Source of the DNA: Candidatus Poribacteria bacterium
GTDB lineage: Bacteria > Poribacteria > WGA-4E > WGA-3G
NCBI GenBank assembly: GCA_963665235.2
Contig: CAXXLX010000001.1
Location: 3,936,001-4,000,000 of the forward strand
DNA: 64,000 nucleotides
Reading direction: 5' to 3'
This document shows, in pieces, positions 1 through 11,027 of this stretch. Numbering within the stretch: the stretch's first letter is position 1; each line of letters opens with the position of its first letter. The notes beneath the pieces are model-generated. The model was not told where the DNA came from and ran no database searches. It worked only from the letters and a program-made list of their open reading frames with translations. A program made the position numbers and the translations under genes.

Positions 1-2285
1 CCGCTTGAGCTTCGGCTGCCGTGATGCGGCACCTTCAGAATTTCCGCCCTTAAATCTTGCTGCGATGCAATTAACCGCGCCTCCGCCTTTGTCTCAATAT
101 CCCCAGTGAACAGGATGTCCACTTCACCGTAGCTGAGCTTCATCACGAGCGAATCATCGTTCTTATCCGTATCCGTAAGCACGGTAGATACTGCATCGAT
201 GGGGTGTAAAAGATTAACCGTTGCGGTCGGAGTCAAATCAATTTTTCCTGCGTATGGAAAAGCGTAGGGAATATTTCGCGACTTGGCAATACTGCGTAAA
301 CGTTCATAGTTTTTGGAAGCCAACGTCACGTCCGGAACTCCGATGAGTTGCTTCACCTTAAAGTTTTGGAGAATGTATGCAAGCCCACCCTCATGGTCTG
401 CGTCTGGGTGGGTGAGCATAACCGTGTCAAGAGCTCGAATGCCGTGCCTGTCCAAGTAAGGTTCAATAATGCGTTCCCCCACGTCATATTCAACCATCTT
501 CTGCCGCTCTGGATTGAAATACGAACTTTGGATGCCGCCATCAATCAACATCGCTCGGTTATCGGGAAATCTGATGACTGCCGCGTCCCCTTGACCGACA
601 TCAAGTGTAATCACCTCTAACAGACGACCTTTTTCATGGAGTGCACTGCTCCAAACCCAAATTGCCACGACCGATAACCCGATAAGACTCGCCACACGCC
701 ACTGTTTATACACATACCGCCAGTGGACAATACCGAGACATACCGCTATGTAAACAACGATGAGCCCTAACGTAGGCGGCGTCACCTTCATGATGCCCCA
801 CGCCTGTCCAAAAATGCCGATGAGTTTTAGAAAAATGAAGATAATCGCATGATTAACCATAGCGAGGAGTTTGGCAAGCGGAAGATAGATAAAACCTAAA
901 GAGACCGATACCATGCCTATACCAACGATTAATGAAACAAGGCCAACAGCAAACGGCCCCACAATTACGCCTAGCGGATATGCCCTGAAAAAATGGTAAG
1001 CGATAAGGGGGCCAGTACCGAGCTGTGCCGCGAAAGTGACGAGGTAGGATAGCACTAACCATTTCACGGCTCTGTCCTTAAATCTGAGCGGAATACTCGA
1101 ATCCGCAGCCTCCCCGGAATCCCACAACTTCTGTAAAGGTCTCTCCATTTTCGGAACAAAATAGACAATGGAAGCGACAGCGACAAACGACAACTGAAAA
1201 CCGACATCCCACACCTGTGTTGGGTTCAAAAGGAGTAAAACTAAGGCAGCAACAGCCAGAAGATTGAAGAGGTCCGCATCGCGGTCAATAATAGTGGCAA
1301 ATAGAAATAGAATTGCCATGAACGCGGCGCGAAATACAGAGGGACGGAAACCGACTAAAACGGCATAGATAAGCACTGCGCCAATTGTCAACAGACACAG
1401 CATCTTTCTATGAAGCCGAAACACGGACAACCCAAAATAACAAAACATTGCGATAAGTCCAACGTGCAACCCGGACACCGATAACACATGGAACGTGCCG
1501 CTGTTCCGAAAGATGTCCAAGGTCTCTGATGGCACATCACCCCGTTTTCCGAGGAGAATGCCTTTGAGCAGTTGTGCATGCAACGCATTGGTAGGAGGCG
1601 TTTCCAACCCTGATACATTGCCCGATATATTGGTAGAAAACGTTTGTAACCCCGTGTAAGTTGTATCAATTAGCTGCTCCGTCTGAATGCGGAGGGTTTC
1701 TATCCATTGTAGCGGTAGAAATCCTGCTTGTTCGCCTATCTGCGACGTGTCTTGCGGATAAATTATACCAGCAACATTTTGCCGTGCAAGATAGGCACGA
1801 TAGTCAAATCCGCCAGGGTTCCGCCGTGTTTGCGGTTGACGCAGGACACCTATTAGCCTTAGGCGGTTACCGTAACGGAGCGGCATCAGTTCTTGAAACC
1901 GTATCAAGAACTTTGCTTTCACCGTTTGTGTCGGTTCAGATAGGAGTTGAACCTGTCCGACAGCGTAACAGGCATCCCACGCTGTTCCGCGTTCCGGTTG
2001 ATAGACAGTTTTACCTGTAAAACTGACCCGCTGCTCATAAAAATCGGAGGGAATTGATGAGAGCGTTGAAATTTCTAGACGTAACATTCCGCCCGCAAAA
2101 ACAGCGATGTGAAGCAACAGGTAACACAGGTATTTTGCCCGGGATTTCGCCAGCATACTCCCAATAAGGCATATTAGGATAGATAACCAGAGCCACAGGA
2201 GCGGAATTGCTGTATATCTACCCGTTACAATGCCGAGCAAAAACGGAATAATGAAGTAGAGCGCAGGCCGTGGTTTGAATCTCAT
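1..2285 (-). CDS. comEC: DNA internalization competence protein ComEC/Rec2 (3' end runs off the window; alternative start 2297)
   Basis: Minus-strand translation begins MRFKPRPALYFIIPFLLG. It contains GTFHVLSVSGLHVG (competence domain), many hydrophobic helices, and LDVGQGDA and LTHPDADHEGG (metallo-beta-lactamase domain). Absent from the ORF track because the stop lies outside the window. Confidence 0.9.
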   Translation of the reverse strand, partial: MRFKPRPALYFIIPFLLGIVTGRYTAIPLLWLWLSILICLIGSMLAKSRAKYLCYLLLHIAVFAGGMLRLEISTLSSIPSDFYEQRVSFTGKTVYQPERGTAWDACYAVGQVQLLSEPTQTVKAKFLIRFQELMPLRYGNRLRLIGVLRQPQTRRNPGGFDYRAYLARQNVAGIIYPQDTSQIGEQAGFLPLQWIETLRIQTEQLIDTTYTGLQTFSTNISGNVSGLETPPTNALHAQLLKGILLGKRGDVPSETLDIFRNSGTFHVLSVSGLHVGLIAMFCYFGLSVFRLHRKMLCLLTIGAVLIYAVLVGFRPSVFRAAFMAILFLFATIIDRDADLFNLLAVAALVLLLLNPTQVWDVGFQLSFVAVASIVYFVPKMERPLQKLWDSGEAADSSIPLRFKDRAVKWLVLSYLVTFAAQLGTGPLIAYHFFRAYPLGVIVGPFAVGLVSLIVGIGMVSVSLGFIYLPLAKLLAMVNHAIIFIFLKLIGIFGQAWGIMKVTPPTLGLIVVYIAVCLGIVHWRYVYKQWRVASLIGLSVVAIWVWSSALHEKGRLLEVITLDVGQGDAAVIRFPDNRAMLIDGGIQSSYFNPERQKMVEYDVGERIIEPYLDRHGIRALDTVMLTHPDADHEGGLAYILQNFKVKQLIGVPDVTLASKNYERLRSIAKSRNIPYAFPYAGKIDLTPTATVNLLHPIDAVSTVLTDTDKNDDSLVMKLSYGEVDILFTGDIETKAEARLIASQQDLRAEILKVPHHGSRSSS

Positions 2286-2382
2286 TACAATTTGCATGGA
2301 ATTTGTGGTAGTATTCCATGCATTATAGCGTATCCTATGAAAATTATCAAGGGGGTGTAAAATTTTTGTCACAGAGATAGGT

Positions 2383-2420
2383 GGAAGGATGGAAGGATGG
2401 AAGGATGGAAGGATGGAAGA
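2383..2420. repeat. Short tandem octamer repeat (GGAAGGAT)n
   Basis: About 4-5 copies visible. Related octamers occur at about 4060-4095 and 54064-54156. Confidence 0.8.
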
Positions 2421-2461
2421 GGGGAAGCGGAAGAAGTTGGAGGCACGGTCTGCCGTGCTGT

Positions 2462-3883
2462 TTAATCAAACGTAAATTGCGTTCGAAATTCACCCCAAGC
2501 AGCAACCCCACCCCCATAAAATAGCATTGCCAACGGAATTAACACCCAAATAGATAGGTGCCCTTTCAGCAGGACCAAACCTGCTCCCATCACAGCGGAC
2601 AGAACAACCGCCTTGAAAATAAAACGGAGCTCTGTGAGTTTCACAATCTGTTTTGAAATATATCCAAACCCCACGACAAGCAGGTAGGCCTCACTTACAA
2701 CCATCGCAACTGCCGCCCCAACGTGGCTGAAACGCGGAATCAGCACTAAGTTCAAACCGATATTCAGAAGTGCTGTTGTCCCCATAAGTATTGAAAACGC
2801 GCGTCGTTTATCCGCCGCGCGAAGCACTGTCAAAACCACAGTTGTTAAAAAAATCAACCCGCCTGAAGCACTTAACCATTGCAACGCCACTGCGACCCTT
2901 TGCAACGTATCGGGTGTATAGGTAGGGAATAACGCGGCAGTGAGCTCATAGGCTAGCGTTGAAAGCCCGATTGCGAAAGGCATGCCGCTTAGCATCATCC
3001 ACCGCATACCGAACGTGTACGCCGCTGGCAACTTGTCAGGATTTTTTTCATAGAGACGGGATAGCACAGGAAACATTGCACCCATCATGAATGCCCCTGG
3101 CAGAATCGTCCAAGCGTTGACAATCGTATAGGCTAAGCCGTACCACGTGTTTGCATCCACACCGTACGGACTCAGTTTTGACAGCATAATTGCATCAATG
3201 CGGAAATAGAGTAGGTGGAACAGATTGCCAATTGCAAACGGCAATGCCTGCTGCATCAGCACCCTCACAATCTGTCGACTCGGCGTAAATCGGAGCGAGG
3301 TGAAACGGTATCGCGCGAACCCTACGCTCAACATCAGGTTAACACCGCTTGCTATCAGCATCACCTGACAGACGTTCACAAGTTGATAGCCGAGCAGAAT
3401 TGCCGCCCCCCCGGCTACGAAAAAGGTCACACGCTCAGCAACTACCGTCCATGCCTCATACTTCATCTGCTCGTGTGCGCGAAAGACGCATCTATAGAGC
3501 TGTGCGATGGAATTGACAATCTCCGCCAATCCCAGATAGACTATCATGAACACGATGATTGAGGCATAGCCGAGGTACACCCCGGTAACAATCATAAGGC
3601 TATACGCCACAACCGATAAAACGAGGCGGACGAGCAGCGCATTGCCGAGGTAATGCCGCGTTTGCTGCAGCTGTAACGTCATCTCCCGAACCAACGGGTT
3701 ATGCATGCCGAGTTCTGTCAGGCTTGCAATGAGGTTCGTCAAAGCGATTGCAACAAAATAACCGCCTAACGCATTCTCCGTAAAATAACGAGGCATCAGC
3801 CAAATCGTTATGACGAGCGAGCCAAGGCGGCCTATAAGGTGTGCACTAAATAGCGCAGACGTGTTTTTAAAAATACGATTCAT
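2462..3883 (-). CDS. Wzx-like polysaccharide flippase (MOP superfamily)
   Basis: 473 aa polytopic membrane protein with N-terminal RIFKNTSALF and the motifs YFRIDAIML and LNLVLIPRFSHVGAAVA. Confidence 0.85.
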   Translation of the reverse strand: MNRIFKNTSALFSAHLIGRLGSLVITIWLMPRYFTENALGGYFVAIALTNLIASLTELGMHNPLVREMTLQLQQTRHYLGNALLVRLVLSVVAYSLMIVTGVYLGYASIIVFMIVYLGLAEIVNSIAQLYRCVFRAHEQMKYEAWTVVAERVTFFVAGGAAILLGYQLVNVCQVMLIASGVNLMLSVGFARYRFTSLRFTPSRQIVRVLMQQALPFAIGNLFHLLYFRIDAIMLSKLSPYGVDANTWYGLAYTIVNAWTILPGAFMMGAMFPVLSRLYEKNPDKLPAAYTFGMRWMMLSGMPFAIGLSTLAYELTAALFPTYTPDTLQRVAVALQWLSASGGLIFLTTVVLTVLRAADKRRAFSILMGTTALLNIGLNLVLIPRFSHVGAAVAMVVSEAYLLVVGFGYISKQIVKLTELRFIFKAVVLSAVMGAGLVLLKGHLSIWVLIPLAMLFYGGGVAAWGEFRTQFTFD

Positions 3884-3969
3884 CTATGTCCTTGGCGATG
3901 GACTATACAATAGCAATTAGCGGATTGCCAATTGCGATATGTTTATAGATTTTAGCCAAACCCCTCTTC

Positions 3970-4045
3970 TTTCCGCGTTCTCTGTGTCCTCTGTGTTTTC
4001 CGCGATTTGCGGCGTACTCGCCCAAATGCGACGTGCATTCAGACA
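3970..4045 (-). repeat. Dispersed intergenic repeat (TCTGAAT...CGCGGA family)
   Basis: Reverse complement matches about 26023-26097, 46781-46850 and 47134-47190. Confidence 0.8.
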
Positions 4046-4149
4046 AAAAACGCGAAAGCCACTCTTCCACTCTTCCACTCTTCCAGCCTTCCACCTATTC
4101 CTGTGACAAGAACGTTATCCACACCTAAAATTGTCCAAAGTTTAGTACA

Positions 4150-4875
4150 TTAATACAATCCAATCCTAACATAATTCGGCACCAAGGTCCAATAGCTGTC
4201 GCTATCGTCCCGCTTCAGCCGTAGTGCACCGAGTTTAGCAATTGTCGCCCCGCGCGGCACATTGAAAATAGCGTCCGCAAAGGGAACTGCCGCTTCTCCT
4301 ACAGGAGCAGTTTGTGCCCCGGATATTATCCTCAACTGTCCCAATTTCTCGCGAATTGTATCCCCGTACGTTACAAGTCCATCCCCCACGAAAATGAGCA
4401 TAGAATCTTGTGAGATATGCCCCTCAAGTTCATCTAAGAACGTCTCAATCGGTAAACAGAGGTCATCGCTGAGACGTTCCCAGGGTGTGCCGCCGTGGAA
4501 GATAGCCCCATAGATTTCGCTCCGCCGTGCATCAAGAATCGGGCAGACAATCCCATCTGTCCAACGCAGATTATATGCAATCGCCTCTAAAGTTGACACA
4601 CCAACAATCGGTTTATCAACGGCGTAACAGAGCGATTTCGCAGTCGCCACGCCGATGCGAATGCCTGTAAACGACCCGGGGCCAATACCCACAGCACACC
4701 CATCTAGGTCATTTGGCGTAATGTTCCCCCATTTCAGAACAGTGTCAATTGCGGGCATTAGCCTAGAGGAGTGCGTTTGGACGATATTCAGTGTATGTTC
4801 AGCGACTATGGCATCGTCATCTATGAGGGCAACACTGCCGATAGGGGTTGAGGTGTCAATACCTAAGATTTTCAT
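4150..4875 (-). CDS. tsaB: tRNA threonylcarbamoyladenosine biosynthesis protein TsaB
   Basis: Motifs ILGIDTS, GPGSFTGIRIG, LDARRSEIY and C-terminal LVPNYVR. Confidence 0.95.
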   Translation of the reverse strand: MKILGIDTSTPIGSVALIDDDAIVAEHTLNIVQTHSSRLMPAIDTVLKWGNITPNDLDGCAVGIGPGSFTGIRIGVATAKSLCYAVDKPIVGVSTLEAIAYNLRWTDGIVCPILDARRSEIYGAIFHGGTPWERLSDDLCLPIETFLDELEGHISQDSMLIFVGDGLVTYGDTIREKLGQLRIISGAQTAPVGEAAVPFADAIFNVPRGATIAKLGALRLKRDDSDSYWTLVPNYVRIGLY

Positions 4876-4987
4876 TTTGCTTCAAGTTCCTGGAGCGGGA
4901 TATTACCCGTAATTTAAAAAAATTGCAATTTTATTTGCTTTTTATACGAAGATGTGGTATCATTAAAATAGAGTGTTCAAATCATTA

Positions 4988-5060
4988 GGGGGATTAGCTC
5001 AGTTGGGAGAGCACTTGCATGGCATGCAAGGGGTCACCAGTTCAAATCTGGTATCCTCCA
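4988..5060 (+). tRNA. tRNA-Ala(GGC), CCA not encoded
   Basis: Acceptor stem GGGGGAT/ATCCTCC with G3:U70, anticodon arm CTTGC-AT-GGC-AT-GCAAG, T-loop GTTCAAATC. Confidence 0.97.
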
Positions 5061-5096
5061 TTATTTTTAACTTCGGTAAGTTGCCCTGAAGACATA

Positions 5097-5275
5097 GTGC
5101 TGCTGTCCACTTATTACAACGTTTCTAATTTCACAGTTCTCTTCCGATAATGACAATGCCTACCGTAACCACTTGCACTTTTGCATCGGCATATCGTCAT
5201 CCAATTATAGGGTAGGCAGCTATCTTAGGAAGAGAACCCCTCAATTTGGGTTAGTTAGTTGGCAAGGGGCCCTCT
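5097..5275 (-). ncRNA. Candidate structured non-coding RNA (long rod-like hairpin)
   Basis: Nested inverted repeats GTTCTCTTCC/GGAAGAGAAC and TGCCTACC/GGTAGGCA. A minus-strand promoter TTGCCT...TGGTATAAT lies just upstream. No ORF. Confidence 0.35.
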
Positions 5276-5339
5276 ATAAATATTATACCACTTTTCTGTA
5301 AAATAGGCAACTTTTTTGAGCATAAATGCAAAAAAAGTC

Positions 5340-5368
5340 TTGACACAACTTTAATTTTCGGTTAAAAT
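5340..5368 (+). promoter_or_regulatory. Sigma70-type promoter upstream of bioD
   Basis: TTGACA-17 nt-TAAAAT. Confidence 0.6.
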
Positions 5369-5442
5369 AATAAAAAATGACGTTATATCGCAATCGGGTG
5401 GCAGTTCCAACGTCAAAAACCGAGTAGAATCTTCAAATATAA

Positions 5443-6180
<738 letters not shown>

Positions 6181-6279
6181 CTTTCATGCGTTATAGATTG
6201 TCTGAAAATGAAGTAGCTTTTCGTAACCGTTCCACTTAATTTGCGTAATTTGATTAAGAAGAGTAAAAAGAAGGAAATA

Positions 6280-6666
6280 TTAACTTCCCAAGAGTTCTTT
6301 GAGAAGCTTTGTGAGTTCATCGTTTCCCGAGGCAAGTTCCAATACGCGTTTGATTTTATCCTCACGGGAGAGCTCGGATTCGGAAGTCCCCTCAGGAGAC
6401 CACAGTACCTCTAGCTCTTTGGGATTCAACCGGTCGTAGGTCACTTTGACAAGTGTGAGCGAATAGTTTTCAGGAATAAGAACAATCCAGTCAATGGTTT
6501 CGCCACGGGCTGAGTATTCTCTATCGACAGTCAGTTTTGATTCCTGATGCGGTACGTTCTTTTTAATCCACTGTTTGCGTCCGAGTGTGTCAGTTTCAAA
6601 GAAACCGACCTCTAGCCAACTTCGACCTGCACCGTTCGGTTTTGTAATGACTTCAATGCGTTGCAT
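6280..6666 (-). CDS. Hypothetical protein
   Basis: 128 aa ORF with a GGAG RBS-like site and an upstream TTGACT promoter-like element. No recognised motif. Confidence 0.6.
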   Translation of the reverse strand: MQRIEVITKPNGAGRSWLEVGFFETDTLGRKQWIKKNVPHQESKLTVDREYSARGETIDWIVLIPENYSLTLVKVTYDRLNPKELEVLWSPEGTSESELSREDKIKRVLELASGNDELTKLLKELLGS

Positions 6667-7079
6667 ATCTGTTCAATGCTCCGTTTAGAATTTAGATTTT
6701 TGCCGTAACCCATTTCGGGACATGCTGGCGACTAAGTATGAACAGTTTAGCATGCAGCGAGAAAAAAGTCAAGGAGTTTCTAAAATAAAGTATCCCTATT
6801 TTTTTTGTGAGTGTTCATGGGTAGGTTAGTTGTTGTTTGGTAACCAAAGGTTAGTGCCTAGAAATTTAGGCTTGACATTTTTTGTAACCTTTGGTACCCT
6901 TTCATTGTCGATTGATTAGAGTGGTGGATGGTAAAGTGGGTTTCCATCCACTACTCCCCTCTCGTGACTTGGTCGTGACTTGGTAAAAACCCACACTATA
7001 CGAAATCACTTAGGTAGGTAAAAGGGTAATGCCCACAAGACGTTCATTTTTTTCGGTTCCAAGTTAGGGGATTCAGTCC

Positions 7080-8357
7080 ATGCAAGTCGATATGAGATAC
7101 GGCACCGGGACGGTAGCGATAGACATTCCCGCCAAAAATATTGCGGGAATTCTAGAAACTTCGCAAAGCGTTCCGCTAACCGATGCGGACGAAGCCATTC
7201 GGCAGGCAATTTTGCACCCTATCGGCTCAGCACCCTTAGCTGAAATGGCGAAGGGACGCGCCTCCGCGTGCATTGTAATCTCCGATATAACGCGTCCAGT
7301 GCCGAATCAGATAATTCTGCCCCCCATATTGGAAACACTCGAACAAGAAGGCATTCCACGCCAAGCAATTACTATCCTAATTGCGACAGGCATTCACCGA
7401 CCCAACGAAGGTGAAGAACTCGTTGAACTGGTCGGACGGTACATTATGAACACGTACCGTATCGTCAATCATTTCTCACAAAAACCAGAAATGCACACAT
7501 ACCTGGGTGAAACACGGACAGGGACACCTGTTTATATTGACAAAACGTATCTTGAAGCGGATTTGAAGATTACGACCGGCCTCATTGAACCGCATCTGAT
7601 GGCAGGGTATTCAGGCGGCCGGAAAGCAATTTGTCCAGGACTCGCCTCTGTAGAAACGATGAAAGTGATGCACGGGCCCGAGCTAATGGAGCATCCGAAT
7701 TCTGCTGTCGGTATTCTAGAAGGAAATCCATTTCACAGAGAAGCCACCGAAATCGCGCGAATGGCAGGAGTCGATTTTAACCTCAACGTTGCAATTGATA
7801 AGCAACGACAAATAACGGGGGTTTTTGCGGGAGATTTAGTCGAATCTCATCTAGTCGGCACCCAATTCGTGGAAAAGCATGCGAAGGCTACCCTGCCCGC
7901 GCCTGTAGATGCAGTTGTGGTCTCTAGTGCAGGCTACCCCTTAGATACAACGTTCTATCAGGCCATCAAAGGTTTACTTACGGCTGTTGAAATTGTCAAG
8001 CAGGGGGGCAGTATCCTGCTAGTAGCCGCTTGTAGTGAAGGCATCGGAAGCAAGCCTTTTACAGACCTGCTTTTCAAAACCGATGACCTAACCGCGTTTG
8101 TAGAAGGCCTTTATAATCCTGCCAACTTCGTCATCGATCAGTGGCAATTAGAGGAATTGGCGAAAGTTGCACGGAAAGCGGATATTTACTTTTACACAGA
8201 TGGGATTCCGTATCACCAACGTGCGAAACTGTTTGTGAACCCATTGAAAAGTCCACAAGCGGGCATTGAACAATTTTTAGTCCAATATGGCGAAGATGTC
8301 CAAATCGCGGCAATCCCTGAGGGGCCGTACGTCTTAGCCAAAATAGAAAACGTTTAA
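7080..8357 (+). CDS. larA: Nickel-pincer-dependent lactate racemase family protein (LarA homolog)
   Basis: Motifs SDITRPVP, ATGIHR, PHLMAGYSGGRK and YQAIKGL. Substrate cannot be determined. Confidence 0.85.
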   Translation: MQVDMRYGTGTVAIDIPAKNIAGILETSQSVPLTDADEAIRQAILHPIGSAPLAEMAKGRASACIVISDITRPVPNQIILPPILETLEQEGIPRQAITILIATGIHRPNEGEELVELVGRYIMNTYRIVNHFSQKPEMHTYLGETRTGTPVYIDKTYLEADLKITTGLIEPHLMAGYSGGRKAICPGLASVETMKVMHGPELMEHPNSAVGILEGNPFHREATEIARMAGVDFNLNVAIDKQRQITGVFAGDLVESHLVGTQFVEKHAKATLPAPVDAVVVSSAGYPLDTTFYQAIKGLLTAVEIVKQGGSILLVAACSEGIGSKPFTDLLFKTDDLTAFVEGLYNPANFVIDQWQLEELAKVARKADIYFYTDGIPYHQRAKLFVNPLKSPQAGIEQFLVQYGEDVQIAAIPEGPYVLAKIENV

Positions 8358-8434
8358 CAGACAGCGACTCTTGTCAACGCATTCATTTTGCACGCACAAG
8401 ATTTCGCACCACACTATAGTTCAGCGTGATGAAA

Positions 8435-9106
8435 ATGGCAAATTCTATTGTAGAACTCAGAGGATATAAAGATGGGTTGCATCTGATTATCAAACCGAAA
8501 GTGTCTATAAATGAAGTTGAATCAGCAATTCAGAAACTGCTGACCGGCATGAAGCAACCTTTAGATGGAACTTTAGTTCATATTGATATAAAAGCACCCA
8601 CCTTGACACCCGATGAACTGGAATTTTTAACAGGACGCCTCGAGCGAAATTACAACTTGGACATCGGGAATGTCAAGCTGTCTGAGGAAACAGAAGAGGC
8701 TCCGATTTTGGCTGCACCAGCGACCCACAGTATTTCGCGGGGGCTGCCAACCGAGACTCGTGAGAATTTTGAGCAATCACAAGTCGTCCGACAGACAATT
8801 CGATCCGGGCAGACACAACGTTTCTTATCAGGAAGCATAATTATCTATGGCGATGTTAACCCTGGCGGAGAAGTCATTGCTGCGGGGGATGTCGTCGTGC
8901 TAGGGGCACTGCGCGGAAGTGCACATGCAGGGGTGCACGGAAAACTTTCCGCCGTAATTATCGCAATGGAATTAGTCCCCTTGCAGCTTCAAATCGGGTC
9001 GTATGTGAATCGCAACCCCGTGGGACAAAAACCCCGGGGATATCCCGAAATCGCCCGCGTAGGTGCTGAGGATATTATCATCGTTGAGGAATTTATTAAG
9101 TTTTAA
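8435..9106 (+). CDS. minC: Septum site-determining protein MinC
   Basis: TIRSGQ...GDVNPGGEVIAAGDVVVLGALRGSAHAG; lies upstream of minD and minE. Confidence 0.93.
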   Translation: MANSIVELRGYKDGLHLIIKPKVSINEVESAIQKLLTGMKQPLDGTLVHIDIKAPTLTPDELEFLTGRLERNYNLDIGNVKLSEETEEAPILAAPATHSISRGLPTETRENFEQSQVVRQTIRSGQTQRFLSGSIIIYGDVNPGGEVIAAGDVVVLGALRGSAHAGVHGKLSAVIIAMELVPLQLQIGSYVNRNPVGQKPRGYPEIARVGAEDIIIVEEFIKF

Positions 9107-9118
9107 AAGGAGGGAACC

Positions 9119-9919
9119 TTGACTATGGGCAAAGTTATAGTAATCACCTCAGGGAAGGGGGGCGTCGGTAAGACGACATCCACCGCAAACATCGGAACTG
9201 CCCTGGCTATGCTTGGAAAAACAGTGGCGATGGTAGATGCTGATGTCGGTTTGCGAAATCTCGATGTTGTCATGGGCCTAGAAAGCCGCGTCGTTTACAC
9301 CTCTATGGATGTCATTGAAAAACGATGTGCCCTTGAGAAAGCCCTTGTCAAAGACCGACGTGTTGAGAATTTGATGCTACTCGCTGCATCACAGCGAAAC
9401 AAGAAAGACGACATCAAACCGGAGGAAATGAACAATATCTGCGAAAGACTCAAGGAACTCTACGATTTTGTACTCGTAGACTCACCCGCAGGAATCGAGC
9501 AAGGGTTTCACAACGCTACCTCCGGCGCAGATGAAGCACTTATCATCACAACACCTGATGTCTCCGCACTGCGAGATGCCGACCGGATTATCGGACTCTT
9601 GCAACACCAAGATATCGAACCTATCAATCTCGTATTGAATAGATTTTCACCAACCCTCGTCAGAAAAGGGAATATGATCAGCAAAAATGATGTCTTAGAC
9701 CTCCTTGACATTGACCTGCTTGGTATTGTACCAGAAGACTCCGGGGTTATCGCCTCTACCAATCGCGGGGTCCCGCTCGTTCACGTCCCAAACTCCGCTG
9801 GCGCTGAGGCATACATGCGAATCGCACGACGCTTGATAGGGCAAAACGTCCCAATCCCTGAATTACGTGACAAAAATTTGTTCTCCAGCATACGAAACTG
9901 GTTCGCAAGAAGTAGATAA
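9119..9919 (+). CDS. minD: Septum site-determining ATPase MinD
   Basis: Motifs SGKGGVGKTT, DVGLRNLD and DSPAGIEQGF, plus a C-terminal amphipathic helix. Confidence 0.96.
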   Translation: MTMGKVIVITSGKGGVGKTTSTANIGTALAMLGKTVAMVDADVGLRNLDVVMGLESRVVYTSMDVIEKRCALEKALVKDRRVENLMLLAASQRNKKDDIKPEEMNNICERLKELYDFVLVDSPAGIEQGFHNATSGADEALIITTPDVSALRDADRIIGLLQHQDIEPINLVLNRFSPTLVRKGNMISKNDVLDLLDIDLLGIVPEDSGVIASTNRGVPLVHVPNSAGAEAYMRIARRLIGQNVPIPELRDKNLFSSIRNWFARSR

Positions 9920-9928
9920 GAGGTAACC

Positions 9929-10192
9929 ATGGATATCAAAAGCTTATTCAAGCGCAAAACGAAAACAAGCCATATCGCTAAGCAACGTTTGAAGTTGGTT
10001 ATCACACAAGATAGGTTTGATATTAACGAAGAATCGATGAAAAAACTTCAATTTGAATTGACAGAGGTCTTGGCGAGATACTTTGAATTCACTATGAACT
10101 CCGTTCGGATGTCTCTCAAACAGGAAGGCAATTCCTACGTGTTGGTGGCAGATTTTCCGTACAACAAAAAGTTTAATAAATTCACCGCGTAG
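9929..10192 (+). CDS. minE: Cell division topological specificity factor MinE
   Basis: AKQRLKLVITQDR motif and operon position. Confidence 0.93.
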   Translation: MDIKSLFKRKTKTSHIAKQRLKLVITQDRFDINEESMKKLQFELTEVLARYFEFTMNSVRMSLKQEGNSYVLVADFPYNKKFNKFTA

Positions 10193-10214
10193 CTCGGCTA
10201 GCTGTGATAATGAA

Positions 10215-11015
10215 TCAAAGAATTAAGTCCCAAATCGCTTTAGCAACGCCGTTCTCGTCATTCGTTGTCGTTACATAATCCGCACAACTTCTGATCGGAG
10301 CAACAGCGTTACCCATCGCTACACCGAACCCTGCCGTTGTAAGCAGGCTTTCATCGTTGTAACTATCGCCAAAAGCGATTACCCTGTCTAAAGGGATATT
10401 CAACCGATTCACAAGAGCTGTCAGGGCTCGCCCTTTGCTGACCATTGGATTCATCAATTCAATGTACTCTGCTTGCGTCTGTGTCACATAAAGCCTCTCC
10501 GCGTAGTTCGTCTTGAACTGACTTAGAAGTGGAGACAATTCCTCAGGCGTGTGTATGATAAGGAGCTTTGTCGGGGTTTCGCCTGCTAACTTCCGCAAAT
10601 CGCCGATAGCTGTAGCCGGTATACCTGTCCGGATTTCGTAGAGGTCGCTCCATGCATTCCGCTCCGCAACGTACAGCTCGTCGTTTAAGCAGAAATTCAC
10701 ATGTAAATTCTGTGCAAGGCAGTCGTTAACTACCGCCATTGCATAGTGAGCTGGAACCGGCGTATGCTCGTAAACTTCCCCCGTCGTAGCATGTTTCACC
10801 ATTCCCCCATTATATGAAATAATTGGGTTTACCAAACCTATTGCAGCACTAATCGGTGCCATCGACCGATGCATCCTTCCCGATACCAACACAACACGAA
10901 TTTCATTCGCCTCAAGCTGCTGAAGCGCGCGCAAGTTCTCTGCTGACAATTTGTGGTCACTGTTTAAAAGAGTGCCATCTAAGTCAAAAGCTGCCAAACG
11001 ACACGGTATTTTCAT
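10215..11015 (-). CDS. Cof-type HAD-IIB family hydrolase
   Basis: Motifs DLDGTLL, SGR and GDSYNDESL. Confidence 0.92.
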   Translation of the reverse strand: MKIPCRLAAFDLDGTLLNSDHKLSAENLRALQQLEANEIRVVLVSGRMHRSMAPISAAIGLVNPIISYNGGMVKHATTGEVYEHTPVPAHYAMAVVNDCLAQNLHVNFCLNDELYVAERNAWSDLYEIRTGIPATAIGDLRKLAGETPTKLLIIHTPEELSPLLSQFKTNYAERLYVTQTQAEYIELMNPMVSKGRALTALVNRLNIPLDRVIAFGDSYNDESLLTTAGFGVAMGNAVAPIRSCADYVTTTNDENGVAKAIWDLIL

Positions 11016-11027
11016 AACTGTTCCTTT

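Noticed and set aside
4988-5060. tRNA-Ala as an island integration site
   Set aside because: No integrase and no duplicated tRNA 3' end were seen in the window.
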